Shown in pieces: positions 18,397-28,036 of a DNA stretch of 64,000 nucleotides. Source of the DNA: Dermatophilaceae bacterium (lineage in GTDB: Bacteria > Actinomycetota > Actinomycetes > Actinomycetales > Dermatophilaceae); NCBI GenBank assembly GCA_051657745.1, contig JBOFLG010000044.1:5560-69559 (forward strand), in the 5' to 3' direction. Within the stretch, counting starts at the first letter, position 1. Each line of letters opens with the position of its first letter. The notes under the pieces were generated by a model, which saw nothing but the letters and a program-made list of their open reading frames with translations, had not been told where the DNA came from and did not search any database. The translations under genes and the position numbers were made by a program.

Positions 18397-19371
18397 TCAG
18401 CCTCCGACCGCCTCGCGACGGGCCAGGTCGGCTGCGCCGACCATCCCTGCCTCATTGCCGAGCGCGGCAGCCACGATGCGGGCCTCCGGGCGGTATCCAC
18501 GACCGGTGAGCTGGCGCCGGAACGCCTCCCGTGCAGGGTCGAGCAGGAGGTCGCCGGCGGCGCTTACCCCACCGCCCACGACAAATGTGCCGGGGTCGAG
18601 CGCTGCCGCCAGGTTCGCCATGCCGGCGCCCAACCAACGCCCGACCTCGCCAATCAGCTCACCCGCCAAGGCGTCTCCGTCCCTGGCCGCATCGGTGATC
18701 AGCGGGCCGGTGAGGTCCTCGACGCGGCCGCCGACCCGAGCAAACAGGTCGGTGGCCACCGGGCTGCCGGTCGAGGCCAAGACCCGCGCCTCCCGGACCA
18801 GGGCGTTACCCGAGGCGTACTGCTCCCAGCAGCCCCGGTTTCCGCACTGACAGCGGATGCCGTCGGGCACCACCTGCAGATGCCCAAACTCGCCAGCGAA
18901 GCCAAACCGGCCGCGATACACCTCGCCATCGACCAAGACCCCACCACCGATGCCGGTACCGAGGTTGACGAGCACAAGGTGGCTCTCGCCGCGGGCCGAC
19001 CCGAACCGGTACTCCGCGCGGGCTGCGGCGTTGGCGTCGTTGTCAACCACGATCGGCCGGTCGATGCGGGTGCTCAGCGCGGCGCGCAACGGTTCGCCGC
19101 GCCACGCCAGATGGGGAGCGAACACGACCGTGGCGCGGTCAGCCGCAACGAAACCAGCGGCGCCGATTCCCACGGCGACGACGTCGTCACCGTGGGCGAG
19201 CAACTCGGCCACCACCGACGCGATGGTGTCCTCGACGACCCGCGGGCTCTTGCTTCGGTCGGGGGTGTCGCGGCGCGCACGGCGCAACACCTGTCCGGCG
19301 CCGTCGACCACGCCTCCGGCCACCTTGGTGCCGCCGATGTCGATGCCGATCGCAAGCGGCTCCTCACTCAC
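18397..19371 (-). CDS. glk: ROK-family glucokinase
   Basis: AIGIDIGGTKVAGG plus the ROK zinc motif CQCGNRGCWEQYASGNAL. Start set at GTG 19371 (VSEEPLAIGID). The longer track ORF overlaps the upstream gene. Confidence 0.85.
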   Translation of the reverse strand: MSEEPLAIGIDIGGTKVAGGVVDGAGQVLRRARRDTPDRSKSPRVVEDTIASVVAELLAHGDDVVAVGIGAAGFVAADRATVVFAPHLAWRGEPLRAALSTRIDRPIVVDNDANAAARAEYRFGSARGESHLVLVNLGTGIGGGVLVDGEVYRGRFGFAGEFGHLQVVPDGIRCQCGNRGCWEQYASGNALVREARVLASTGSPVATDLFARVGGRVEDLTGPLITDAARDGDALAGELIGEVGRWLGAGMANLAAALDPGTFVVGGGVSAAGDLLLDPAREAFRRQLTGRGYRPEARIVAAALGNEAGMVGAADLARREAVGG

Positions 19372-19840
19372 TGGGAGACTCGCCCTCGGCATCGGTGGAT
19401 GGGTCGGCGGCAGCATCGGTGGATGGGTCGGCGCCGGCATCGGTGGACGAATCGGCGGCAGATGACCACTGCCCGGCAAGGTCCGTGAGTACCGCGGCGC
19501 CGAATGCGGCCAGGCCGGCCAACCCGGAGAGGGTCTCCGGACTGACCTGCCGAACGACCGCCACCGAGCGGCAGATGGGGCACCACTGGCAGACCGGGTC
19601 GTGCGGTGGCGGCGCGGCCTCTCCGTCCATCGCAGCGCCGGCCGGCGCTCCTGGCCCCGGGACGTACTGTGCACCGCGGGATGGTGCCGCCGCGGTTGGG
19701 TGCCACGGGCCCTCCGGCGTCTCGCTCGCGGGAGGTGCGTCGCCGCCGGAGCACTCGGAAAGTCGGAGGATGCTCGCGACCAAGCGGGCCGCCTCGTCGG
19801 CGACCGAACCGACCTGCTCCTGGGACCGCTCAGCAACCAT
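19364..19840 (-). CDS. DUF5304-like protein (position equivalent to the small gene upstream of glkA in Streptomyces)
   Basis: Central CQWCPICRSVAVVRQ motif and an acidic repeat tail. The stop overlaps the glucokinase start by 8 nt. Confidence 0.5.
   Translation of the reverse strand: MVAERSQEQVGSVADEAARLVASILRLSECSGGDAPPASETPEGPWHPTAAAPSRGAQYVPGPGAPAGAAMDGEAAPPPHDPVCQWCPICRSVAVVRQVSPETLSGLAGLAAFGAAVLTDLAGQWSSAADSSTDAGADPSTDAAADPSTDAEGESPSE
19390..19461. repeat. 3 x 24-bp in-frame tandem repeat (encodes DPSTDA(A/G)A units)
   Basis: catcggtggatgggtcggcggcag / catcggtggatgggtcggcgccgg / catcggtggacgaatcggcggcag, read directly. Confidence 0.9.
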
Positions 19841-19936
19841 CGGCCATGGCCTCCTCGACCCGGCGGACCGGTGGAGCACCCAGTGTCGTGCTGCCCACGC
19901 GCGCGCCAGTGCCCGGCCCGGCCCAGGTCATCACGG

Positions 19937-20380
19937 TCAGCCCTCGACGCGCTTTTTCAACTCGGTGAGCGCCGTACTGATGATGTGCTTCTCAGCCTTG
20001 CGCTTGAGCATGCCGATCATCGGCATCGTCAGATCGACCTCGAGGTGGTACGTGACGGTGGTGCGCTCATCGGTTCTGCTCACCGTGTAACTGCCGGTCA
20101 GGGCCTTGAGCAGGCCGGCTCGCACCAAGTGCCAGGACACCACGGCGGTGCCGTTCTCGGCAACGTCCCAGTCGTACTGGAGCACGTAGGTGTCCTTGAT
20201 CGCGCCAGCGTCGAGAGTGAACTCAACCTGGTCGGCCCAGCCGTCACCGTGCTCGCTGAGCACCGTGCACTGGCGAACCTGCTCGGCCCACTCGGGGTAC
20301 TGCTCGAAGTCTGCGATCACGTCGAGTACCGCACCTGGCGCCGCGGCGATCTCGACGGAGGACTGGGTCCGGTCGGCCAT
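19937..20380 (-). CDS. SRPBCC (polyketide cyclase/START-like) family protein
   Basis: 147 aa reading SSVEIAAAPGAVLDVIADFEQYPEWA...SYTV. Only the last 147 codons of track ORF 19937..21559 look genuine. An alternative ATG lies at 20410. Confidence 0.7.
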   Translation of the reverse strand: MADRTQSSVEIAAAPGAVLDVIADFEQYPEWAEQVRQCTVLSEHGDGWADQVEFTLDAGAIKDTYVLQYDWDVAENGTAVVSWHLVRAGLLKALTGSYTVSRTDERTTVTYHLEVDLTMPMIGMLKRKAEKHIISTALTELKKRVEG

Positions 20381-20479
20381 GGTCGGAGGGTACTCGCTCG
20401 CGGACGCCATACTGGTGCCGGGCCGACCACCGGCGAGCCCTCGACCGCCCGCTCCGCCGCTGTTACCTGAGGAGGCCAC

Positions 20480-22270
20480 GTGCAGAAGATCTCGACGCCG
20501 CCCGCCGCGCCGACGACCACGCTGACCACGTTGGCCGACATCCCACGACGCTGGGCCGCCGACGAGCCTGAGCGGGTGCTCTTCGGCGTTCGGGCCGACC
20601 AGCGGTGGGTCGAGGTGACGGCAGCAGCCTTCGCCGCCGAGGTGACCGCGCTTGCCCAGGGGCTGGCTGCGGCGGGCGTGGGGGTGGGCGATGCCGTCGG
20701 CATCATGAGCCGCACCCGATACGAGTGGACCGTCGTCGACTTCGCGCTGTGGACGGCCGGTGCGGTTCCGGTGCCCATCTACGAGACCTCCTCGGCCGAG
20801 CACGTGCAGTGGATCCTGGCCGACACCGGAGCGGTCGGTGTGGTGGTCGAGACCGACCGACACCTCGCCGTGGTCGAGGAGGCGCGTGGGTCGGTTCCCG
20901 CACTGCAGCATGTCTGGAGCATTGACGGCGGCGATATCGACCGGCTGAGCCTGGACGGTGCTGCCCTCGGCGAGCACGAACTCGAGACCCGGCGCTGCGG
21001 ACTCGACCACCACAGTCTCGCCACAATCATCTACACCTCGGGAACCACGGGCCGGCCTAAGGGCGTGGAACTCACCCATGGAAACTTCCTCACCCTGGCC
21101 GAGAACGCCGCCGCAGAGCTCGCAGAAGTCGTCCGCACCGAGGGCGCATCGACCCTGCTGTTTCTTCCGCTCGCCCACGTGTTCGCGCGCTTCGTCGAGG
21201 TGCTGGCGGTCACTGCGGGGGTGCGAATGGGCCACTCCGCGACTCTTGCAACGATGGTGGACGATCTCGCCGGATTCCGGCCCACCTTTGTCCTCGCCGT
21301 TCCTCGGGTGTTCGAGAAGATCTACAACTCCGCCGAAGCGAGCGCCGAGCACAGCGGCCGAGGCAGAGTCTTCGCCGGCGCGGTCGCTGCAGCGACCGCG
21401 TGGTCGCAGGCCCAGGATCGCGGGGCCGTGCCCTTCGGATTGCGGGTGCGCCACGCTCTCTTCGACCGGCTGGTGTACTCCCGCCTCCGTGACACCCTGG
21501 GCGGCCGGATGCAGTACGCGGTCTCCGGAGGTGCGCCTCTCGGCACCCGCCTGGGCCACTTCTTCCGGGGTGCGGGGATCACGGTCCTGGAGGGCTACGG
21601 CCTCACTGAGACCACGGCACCGGCCACCGTCAACCGGCCGGGCGCGCTGCGTATCGGCACCGTCGGGCAGCCCCTCCCGGGCGTCGATGTGCGCATCGGC
21701 GACGATGGCGAGGTGCTGCTACGCGGCGTGGGGGTGTTCCGCGGGTATCGCGGCAACCCGACCGCAACGGCTGACGCCCTGGTCGACGGATGGGTACGGA
21801 CGGGCGACCTCGGCGACCTCGACGACGGCGGCTTCTTACGGATCACCGGGCGGTCGACAGAGATGCTGGTCACTGCGGGCGGCAAGAACGTGGCGCCGGC
21901 GGTGCTGGAAGACCGGCTCCGCGCCCATCCGCTGATCAGCCAGTGCATCGTCGTCGGCAACGGGCAGCCCTTCATTGCCGCGCTGATCACCCTCGACCAC
22001 GAGATGTACCCGGGCTGGGCCGCAGCCCATGGAATCGACGACCTGCCGTTCGCCCGGGCCCGCACCGACCCCCGAGTCCTCGCCGAAGTCAAACGCGCTG
22101 TCGACGACGCCAATGCCGCGGTGTCCACGGCCGAGTCGATCCGCACGTTCACAGTGCTCGACACGGATTTCACCGTCGAAGCCGGCCACCTCACACCGTC
22201 GCTGAAACTCAAACGGGGCGTCGTCATGCGCGACTTCTCCGACGAGGTCGACGCACTCTACGGCGGATGA
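20480..22270 (+). CDS. Long-chain fatty-acid--CoA ligase (AMP-forming; FadD15-like by position)
   Basis: IIYTSGTTGRPKGVELTH, EGYGLTET, TGDLG...LRITGR and GKNVAP are ANL-superfamily motifs. 596 aa. Confidence 0.85.
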   Translation: MQKISTPPAAPTTTLTTLADIPRRWAADEPERVLFGVRADQRWVEVTAAAFAAEVTALAQGLAAAGVGVGDAVGIMSRTRYEWTVVDFALWTAGAVPVPIYETSSAEHVQWILADTGAVGVVVETDRHLAVVEEARGSVPALQHVWSIDGGDIDRLSLDGAALGEHELETRRCGLDHHSLATIIYTSGTTGRPKGVELTHGNFLTLAENAAAELAEVVRTEGASTLLFLPLAHVFARFVEVLAVTAGVRMGHSATLATMVDDLAGFRPTFVLAVPRVFEKIYNSAEASAEHSGRGRVFAGAVAAATAWSQAQDRGAVPFGLRVRHALFDRLVYSRLRDTLGGRMQYAVSGGAPLGTRLGHFFRGAGITVLEGYGLTETTAPATVNRPGALRIGTVGQPLPGVDVRIGDDGEVLLRGVGVFRGYRGNPTATADALVDGWVRTGDLGDLDDGGFLRITGRSTEMLVTAGGKNVAPAVLEDRLRAHPLISQCIVVGNGQPFIAALITLDHEMYPGWAAAHGIDDLPFARARTDPRVLAEVKRAVDDANAAVSTAESIRTFTVLDTDFTVEAGHLTPSLKLKRGVVMRDFSDEVDALYGG

Positions 22271-23604
22271 CGTCCCGCGCCTGGCTGCCCGCCGTGGTCG
22301 CAGCCACTGCCTGGCTCGCCTGGTTCGGGCTGTTGCAGTGGAGTGTCGTCCGATTCCGGGTGCCGATCGTTCTCGTGCTCACCGCGGTGACCACCCTGCT
22401 CGCCTGGTGGCTGATCCGGCGTGTCGAGATCCGCTGGCCGCCCTGGTGCGCACCCGTCATCCTGCTCGGGTCGGTCGTGATTACTCTCACCGTGCCGCTG
22501 TTCAGCTATCTGCGTGACGGCTGGCTCATTGCCGCGCTCAGCGGGCTCGTCGTGGGCGGGATCGCCTGTGCCGCACTGTTGTTCGTCGGCACTCGACGGG
22601 CTGCTGGCGCAGCCTTCGGCGTGGCTGTCGGCACCCACCTCGCCGTCGGGGCGGTGGCCATCCTGGGTGATCGGGCGCCACGCATCGATGTCTGGGTGGT
22701 GCTCCAGCAGGGCGCCGATGCCCTCGGCCGCGGCGACAACATCTACTCCCAGCTGTGGGTCGGCTCACCCGGCGTCCGCGACATTTTTCCCTACCTGCCG
22801 TGGATGGGAGCCCTGACGGCGCCGGGCCGATGGATCGCGGGCGACGTCCGTTGGGCGCTGCTGGCCTGGTCCGTGGCGCTCCTCGCCGGAATCTGGGCCC
22901 TGGCCGGCGGGCGTGCCGTACGGGCCGGCTCGGTAGCTGCGGTGCTCGTGCTCGCTCCGGGCACCCTCACCCAGATCGACCAGGCGTGGACCGAGCCGGT
23001 CCTGGCCGCGCTCATCGTGTGGTGGGCGGTGCTGGTCCACCGAGGGCGCCCGTGGTGGGCGGTCGTTCCGCTGGCTCTGGCGTGTGCGAGCAAACAGCAC
23101 CTCGCCCTGCTTGCGCCGGTGCTGCTCGCGTGGCCGGGGTTCGGATGGCGCCGTACCCTCGCCACCGGCGGACTCACCGGGGTGCTAGTGCTGCCGTGGC
23201 TGGTGGCCGACCCCCGGGCGTTTGTCAACGACACCGTGGTGGCACTCGTGGAGTTCCCGCCGATCCGGTTCGCCAACACGTGGTATCTCGTCCTGCTCAA
23301 CGAGCACGGTGTGGAGTTGCCGTTCGCAGCCTCCGGCGCACTCATGCTGGTAGCGGTTCTGGTGGCGGCCGCCGCGGTGCATCGGCGCGCGCCGGACGTG
23401 GATGAGGTGCTGCGTTGGCTGGCACTCGTTCTCGTGGTGGCCAGCCTGGTCAACAAACAGGCGTTCTACAACCAGTTCTGGCTGGTCGCAGTGCTCGTGG
23501 CCGCCTCGGTCGCGGCCGGGCCACGCCACCGGCGGCGGCAATCAGCACCTGCCGTCACCGGCCGAATGCCACCGCAGACAGCCGCTGCCGCCACGCCGTC
23601 GTGA
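22267..23604 (+). CDS. Polytopic membrane protein, possibly a GT-C/GT87 (DUF2029)-type glycosyltransferase
   Basis: About 11-12 TM helices. The first loop reads RIDVWVVLQQGADALGRGDNIYS...FPYLPW, reminiscent of DUF2029 mannosyltransferases. ATGA overlap with the acyl-CoA ligase stop. Confidence 0.45.
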   Translation: MTSRAWLPAVVAATAWLAWFGLLQWSVVRFRVPIVLVLTAVTTLLAWWLIRRVEIRWPPWCAPVILLGSVVITLTVPLFSYLRDGWLIAALSGLVVGGIACAALLFVGTRRAAGAAFGVAVGTHLAVGAVAILGDRAPRIDVWVVLQQGADALGRGDNIYSQLWVGSPGVRDIFPYLPWMGALTAPGRWIAGDVRWALLAWSVALLAGIWALAGGRAVRAGSVAAVLVLAPGTLTQIDQAWTEPVLAALIVWWAVLVHRGRPWWAVVPLALACASKQHLALLAPVLLAWPGFGWRRTLATGGLTGVLVLPWLVADPRAFVNDTVVALVEFPPIRFANTWYLVLLNEHGVELPFAASGALMLVAVLVAAAAVHRRAPDVDEVLRWLALVLVVASLVNKQAFYNQFWLVAVLVAASVAAGPRHRRRQSAPAVTGRMPPQTAAAATPS

Positions 23605-24841
23605 GCTCGGCCCTCGACCACCCCACCACGGTTACCAGCGCGGCATCGCACGCTGCCTCCGCCTCGGTCGTCGAGGTCGGCGGGGAGCATGCCACCACCA
23701 GACGGCGCACCGCGGCCTCGCCCTTCTTCTCGACAAGCAGCTCGACCGCCTGCCACGCCGCGAGATACGCCACCTCGATGTTGCCGCGGCCGGGGTCGAT
23801 ATCGGCGGCCGACGGGAGCCCGATCGGTGCCGTTCCGTCGCGTACTGCCTGGGCCAGCGGAGCCGTCAGCCGACGATGCGGTACATCGGCGCGCTGGTAG
23901 CCGACGTGGTCGGAATACCCCTCGGCAAGCCATGCCGGTGCCGTGACCGGCACACTCGCCCGCACCGCGACGTGGGCGGCTTCATGGGCCACCACGACCG
24001 ACCGACCGCTGGGTCCGAGGCGGGCCCAGGCATCGGGGTGGATGACGACCCGGTCCCCGGTGGCGACCCGATCCGCGCCAGCGGGACCCTCGGTCGTGGC
24101 CGCCACTGCCCCGGGCGAGGTCGGCGCACCGAGCAGCGTCGCGGCCTGGTCGGTGCGCGCCGGTGCCAGCACCAGGGTGCGTCGGGGAGTGCCGGGCCAC
24201 CAGGTGGCCAGTTCGGTGAGGGTGTCAGCGGCTAGGTCGGCCAGTTCGGCCAGTTCGGCCGGCGTGGCTGTACCAGCGACGACGACCCGATCGGCTTCCC
24301 GCACCGAGAACCCTGGCATGGCCAGCCAGGGAGCAGCCGGGGCCCCCGCGACCGGCGTCTCCGCAGCGACCCGCCACGCACCGGCGATGCGCTCGAGGCG
24401 GTAGCGCACCCGGGTGGCACGATCGGCGCGGTCGACCTCGCGCACCCGGTAGGCAACCCCGACCACCAGGTCGGCGACATCGATGGCCGACGACACCGGT
24501 TCGTGGTCGAACCGGGCGACACCAAGTGCCGAGGCCGACCTCAAGGCCGCGAGTTGGCGACGACCGTCAGGGGTGTCAGGGTCGACCATGGTGCCGCGCA
24601 ACGCCTCGACATCACCCGACACCACGGCATCCGCACGCCGGGCGAGGAGAGCGTCGATCGCGGATGCCGTGCCCTGGGCGGAGGTGACCGACGGCTCGCC
24701 CCGTAGCGCCGGACGTGCGGCGTCGTCGGCGCGAGCGCAGGCAGCGAGCCCGAGCATCAGGGCGACGCCAGCTGCGGCGTGGCGACCGGCCCGGCGGGCC
24801 CGAACCCGCCACGCTGAAGAATGACACCGGCTCACCGTCAT
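23555..24841 (-). CDS. Putative secreted lipoprotein with an HExxH metallopeptidase-like motif
   Basis: Lipobox LMLGLAAC near the N-terminus (start ATG 24841). VVVAHEAAHV followed by WLAEGYSDHV. High GC3. Confidence 0.5.
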   Translation of the reverse strand: MTVSRCHSSAWRVRARRAGRHAAAGVALMLGLAACARADDAARPALRGEPSVTSAQGTASAIDALLARRADAVVSGDVEALRGTMVDPDTPDGRRQLAALRSASALGVARFDHEPVSSAIDVADLVVGVAYRVREVDRADRATRVRYRLERIAGAWRVAAETPVAGAPAAPWLAMPGFSVREADRVVVAGTATPAELAELADLAADTLTELATWWPGTPRRTLVLAPARTDQAATLLGAPTSPGAVAATTEGPAGADRVATGDRVVIHPDAWARLGPSGRSVVVAHEAAHVAVRASVPVTAPAWLAEGYSDHVGYQRADVPHRRLTAPLAQAVRDGTAPIGLPSAADIDPGRGNIEVAYLAAWQAVELLVEKKGEAAVRRLVVACSPPTSTTEAEAACDAALVTVVGWSRAELTTAWRQRLSAVAFGR

Positions 24842-25107
24842 CCGACTGCGCGACCGGTCGTGCGCCCCCGAGCGGGCTGCGCCGGCTCCAGGACCGCCCG
24901 GGCCCGGTACGCCGTCTCCGGGTCGACCAGCCCAGCCCGGAGGAGCAGCGTGACGGCGCGCTGTTCGTCGGCGTCGAGCCGCCCCTGACCACGGACTTCG
25001 CGCGCTTCGAGCTCGAAGAACACCGGCACGATGCACTCGCCGCAGCGCACCTCCCGCACCGGGCAGGTGCGGCAGTCGACGGTCATGGTGATGTCGTGGT
25101 GGGTCAT
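24838..25107 (-). CDS. Small CxxC...CxxC (zinc-ribbon-like) protein
   Basis: MTHHDITMTVDCRTCPVREVRCGECIVPVFF. ATGA overlap with the downstream lipoprotein gene. Start ATG 25107 lies inside track ORF 24838..25209. Confidence 0.45.
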   Translation of the reverse strand: MTHHDITMTVDCRTCPVREVRCGECIVPVFFELEAREVRGQGRLDADEQRAVTLLLRAGLVDPETAYRARAVLEPAQPARGRTTGRAVG

Positions 25108-25203
25108 GCCCTCACCCCTTCCAGGTCGTGACAGCCACGGTACGGACCTCCACCGACAGCGTCCCCCGTCGGCAGTGTCGGAGGCTGTCACTACGGTCAC
25201 CGC

Positions 25204-26955
25204 ATGCACATCGTCCAGGGCGCGTTCGACGACCTCGGCACACCACTGCCCGAGGTCACCTTCGTCGTGGTCGACCTCGAGACCACCGGGGGCAGCCCCA
25301 CCGACTGTGGCATCACCGAGGTCGGTGCGGTCAAGGTGCGCGGTGGCGAGGTCGTCGGCGAGTTCCAGACCTTCGTCAACCCCGGCTCCCCGATCCCTGA
25401 GTTCATCTCGACGCTCACCGGTATCACCGATGCGATGGTCGCCGGCGCCCCTCGCATCGAGGCAGTACTTCCGCTCTTCTTCGAGTTCGCGTCAGGGGCA
25501 GTATTGGTCGCCCACAACGCTGGCTTCGACGTGTCGTTCCTCACCGCCGCCGCCCGGCGCGCCGAGCACCCATGGCCTGGCTTTCCGGTGCTCGACACGG
25601 TGACTCTGGCGCGCCGGATGGTGGGCCGCGACGAGGTCCCCAACCACCGTCTCAGTTCGCTGGCCCGGCTGTTCGGCGCGGCCACCACGCCCGACCATCG
25701 CGCACTGCACGACGCCCGCGCCACCGTCGATGTTCTGCACGGCCTCCTCGAACGAGTCGGTTCGCTCGGCATCCACTCGCTCGAGGAATTGCTTGACTGC
25801 TCCGCGCGGGTCCCGCCGGCCCGCCGCCGCAAACGGCATCTCGCCGACCACCTCCCTGACGCGCCCGGGGTGTACCTCTTCAAGGACGGGCACGGCCGGG
25901 TGCTCTACGTCGGTACGTCGATCTCGATCCGCACCCGTGTTCGCTCCTACTTCACCGCGTCCGAGCACCGTCGCCGGATCGGCGAGATGGTGGGCCTGGC
26001 CGAGTCCGTCACGCCGGTGGTGTGCGCCACCGCGCTCGAGGCTGAGGTCCGCGAGTTGCGGCTGATCGCCGAGCATCGGCCCCCGTACAACCGCCGCTCG
26101 CGTCATCAGGAACGGGTGCAGTGGGTCAAGCTCACGGTCGAGCCATTCCCTCGCCTGTCCGTGGTGCGGTCCGTCGCGGATGACGGGACCCAGTACGTGG
26201 GCCCGTTCGGCTCGCGATCCGCTGCCGAGGCGGCGATCGCTGCGGTCCATGAGGTCCTCCCCCTGCGGCAGTGCGTCGAGCGGTTGTCCCCGGCCCGGCC
26301 CCGCCCAGCCTGCGCGCTCGCCGACATCGGGCGGTGCGGCGCACCGTGCACCGGCGCGCAGGGAGCCGACCAGTACGCCGAGGTGGTGGCGCGCGCGGCG
26401 GGCCTGCTCGCCGGTGACACTCGCGACCTGTTGACCGCGCTTCGCGAGCGGATGACGACCCTCGCCCGCGCCGAGCGCTACGAGGACGCCCAGTTGCTGC
26501 GCGACCGGCTGAGCATCCTGGTCGGCGGGGCGGCACGCACCCAACGTCTGGGCCCGCTGGCTCGCATCCCCGAACTCGTGGCGGCCCGGCGCGGTCGTCC
26601 GGGCGAGTGGGAGGTGGTGTGTGTGCGGTACGGACGACTGGCCGGCAGCACCGTGACCACTCCTGGGGTCGATCCGATGCCGGCAATCCAGGCGCTGCGG
26701 GCCAGCGCTGAGGTCGTCGCCGCACCGGTGCCGCCCGCGACGGCCGCTACCGCAACAGAAAGCGACACGGTGGTGCGGTGGCTTCACACCCCCGGCGTAC
26801 GGCTGGTGGAGGTCGACGGCACATGGGCGAGTCCAGTCGCCGGAGCCGCGGGCGCACGCTACCTCCTGGAGACAACAGGTGCGGTGCGTTCGGCACCACG
26901 TCGCGGTCACCGACGGACCGTGAGGACGGAAGATATCCGCGCCGTCACCCAGTAA
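25204..26955 (+). CDS. DEDD 3'-5' exonuclease domain fused to a GIY-YIG (UvrC-like) nuclease domain (Rv2191-type)
   Basis: Exo motifs [31 protein letters not shown] block [25 protein letters not shown] ends 6 nt before the ATG, which may indicate a leaderless mRNA. Confidence 0.8.
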   Translation: MHIVQGAFDDLGTPLPEVTFVVVDLETTGGSPTDCGITEVGAVKVRGGEVVGEFQTFVNPGSPIPEFISTLTGITDAMVAGAPRIEAVLPLFFEFASGAVLVAHNAGFDVSFLTAAARRAEHPWPGFPVLDTVTLARRMVGRDEVPNHRLSSLARLFGAATTPDHRALHDARATVDVLHGLLERVGSLGIHSLEELLDCSARVPPARRRKRHLADHLPDAPGVYLFKDGHGRVLYVGTSISIRTRVRSYFTASEHRRRIGEMVGLAESVTPVVCATALEAEVRELRLIAEHRPPYNRRSRHQERVQWVKLTVEPFPRLSVVRSVADDGTQYVGPFGSRSAAEAAIAAVHEVLPLRQCVERLSPARPRPACALADIGRCGAPCTGAQGADQYAEVVARAAGLLAGDTRDLLTALRERMTTLARAERYEDAQLLRDRLSILVGGAARTQRLGPLARIPELVAARRGRPGEWEVVCVRYGRLAGSTVTTPGVDPMPAIQALRASAEVVAAPVPPATAATATESDTVVRWLHTPGVRLVEVDGTWASPVAGAAGARYLLETTGAVRSAPRRGHRRTVRTEDIRAVTQ

Positions 26956-28036
26956 GTTCGGTCGTCCGGGCCACCCACCGCTCGAGCAGCGTGGCTGCCG
27001 CGCCGGAGTCGACCGCAGCGGCAGCACGCGTCATCCCCGCTCGGACCGCTGCGGTCACCGACTCGGCCGACGGGGTGGCGCCATCCAAGCCACCAGCGGT
27101 GGCAAGTGCGATGCCCGCGTTCAACAGCACCGCGTCACGCACCGGGCCGGTGTCGCCGCGGAGCACGGCGCGCATCACCTCTGCGTTGTGCGCGGCATCC
27201 GCACCGCGCAGCGCCTCCACCGGTGCTCGGGGCACCCCGACCTGGTCCGGGTCGAGGACCAACTCGGTGACAGTGCCGCCATCGACCCACCACACCGTCG
27301 ACGTCGTCGACAGGGTGAGCTCGTCGAGACCATCGTCACCGCGGAACACCGACGCTGCTTTCCCGCGCCCGGCGAAGACCCCAGCGATCACGGGGGCGAA
27401 TCGGGCATCGGCTACTCCGACAGCCGCGAACGTCGGCTGGGCCGGGTTGGTGAGGGGCCCGAGCAGGTTGAACGCCGTGCCCACGCCGAGCTCGCGCCGC
27501 GCGACGGCCGCGTGCCGCATGGACGGGTGGAACTGCTGCGCGAAGCAGAAGGTCAGCCCGACCTCCTCGGCAACCCGCGCCACGTCATCCGGGGCCAGGG
27601 TGAGCGACACCCCGAGCGCCTCGAGCACGTCCGCGGTACCGGATGATGAGGATGCCGCCCGGTTGCCGTGCTTGACCACGCGCACGCCTGCGGCCGCGAC
27701 GATCACCGCGGCCATGGTCGAGATATTCACCGAGTGGAGCCGGTCTCCGCCGGTGCCGACGATGTCGATGCTCGGGCCGGGCACTTCGATCCGAATGGCG
27801 TGCTCGAGCACCACCTCGGCCAATCCATGCAGTTCGGCGACGGTCTCCCCCTTGGCCCGCAAGGCGACGAGGAAACCGGCGAGGTGGACCGCACTGACAT
27901 CCCCCCGCATGACCTCAGTCATCGCCCACGCCACCCGGTCGGGTGAGAGATCCTCCCCACGAAGCAGCGCAGCGATGAGGTCGGGCCACCCTGGACTAGC
28001 CAGGCTCGGAACCATTGCGGCAGAGCCGGCAGTCAC
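26945..28036 (-). CDS. trpD: Anthranilate phosphoribosyltransferase
   Basis: [47 protein letters not shown]. Confidence 0.9.
   Translation of the reverse strand: MTAGSAAMVPSLASPGWPDLIAALLRGEDLSPDRVAWAMTEVMRGDVSAVHLAGFLVALRAKGETVAELHGLAEVVLEHAIRIEVPGPSIDIVGTGGDRLHSVNISTMAAVIVAAAGVRVVKHGNRAASSSSGTADVLEALGVSLTLAPDDVARVAEEVGLTFCFAQQFHPSMRHAAVARRELGVGTAFNLLGPLTNPAQPTFAAVGVADARFAPVIAGVFAGRGKAASVFRGDDGLDELTLSTTSTVWWVDGGTVTELVLDPDQVGVPRAPVEALRGADAAHNAEVMRAVLRGDTGPVRDAVLLNAGIALATAGGLDGATPSAESVTAAVRAGMTRAAAAVDSGAAATLLERWVARTTELTG

Noticed and set aside
20381-21559. N-terminal 390 codons of track ORF 19937..21559
   Set aside because: This part is antisense to the acyl-CoA ligase. Only the last 147 codons (the SRPBCC domain) look genuine, with an ATG at 20380 or 20410.
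25160-25203. RecA-independent damage promoter (tTGTCRgtg-N8-TAnnnT) upstream of the DEDD/GIY-YIG nuclease
   Set aside because: ctgtcac is immediately followed by tacggt, so the required 8-nt spacing is absent. Only a generic leaderless-type -10 remains plausible.
25492-27027. 511-aa minus-strand ORF
   Set aside because: It is antisense to the DEDD/GIY-YIG nuclease gene and overlaps the trpD 3' end out of frame. No motifs.
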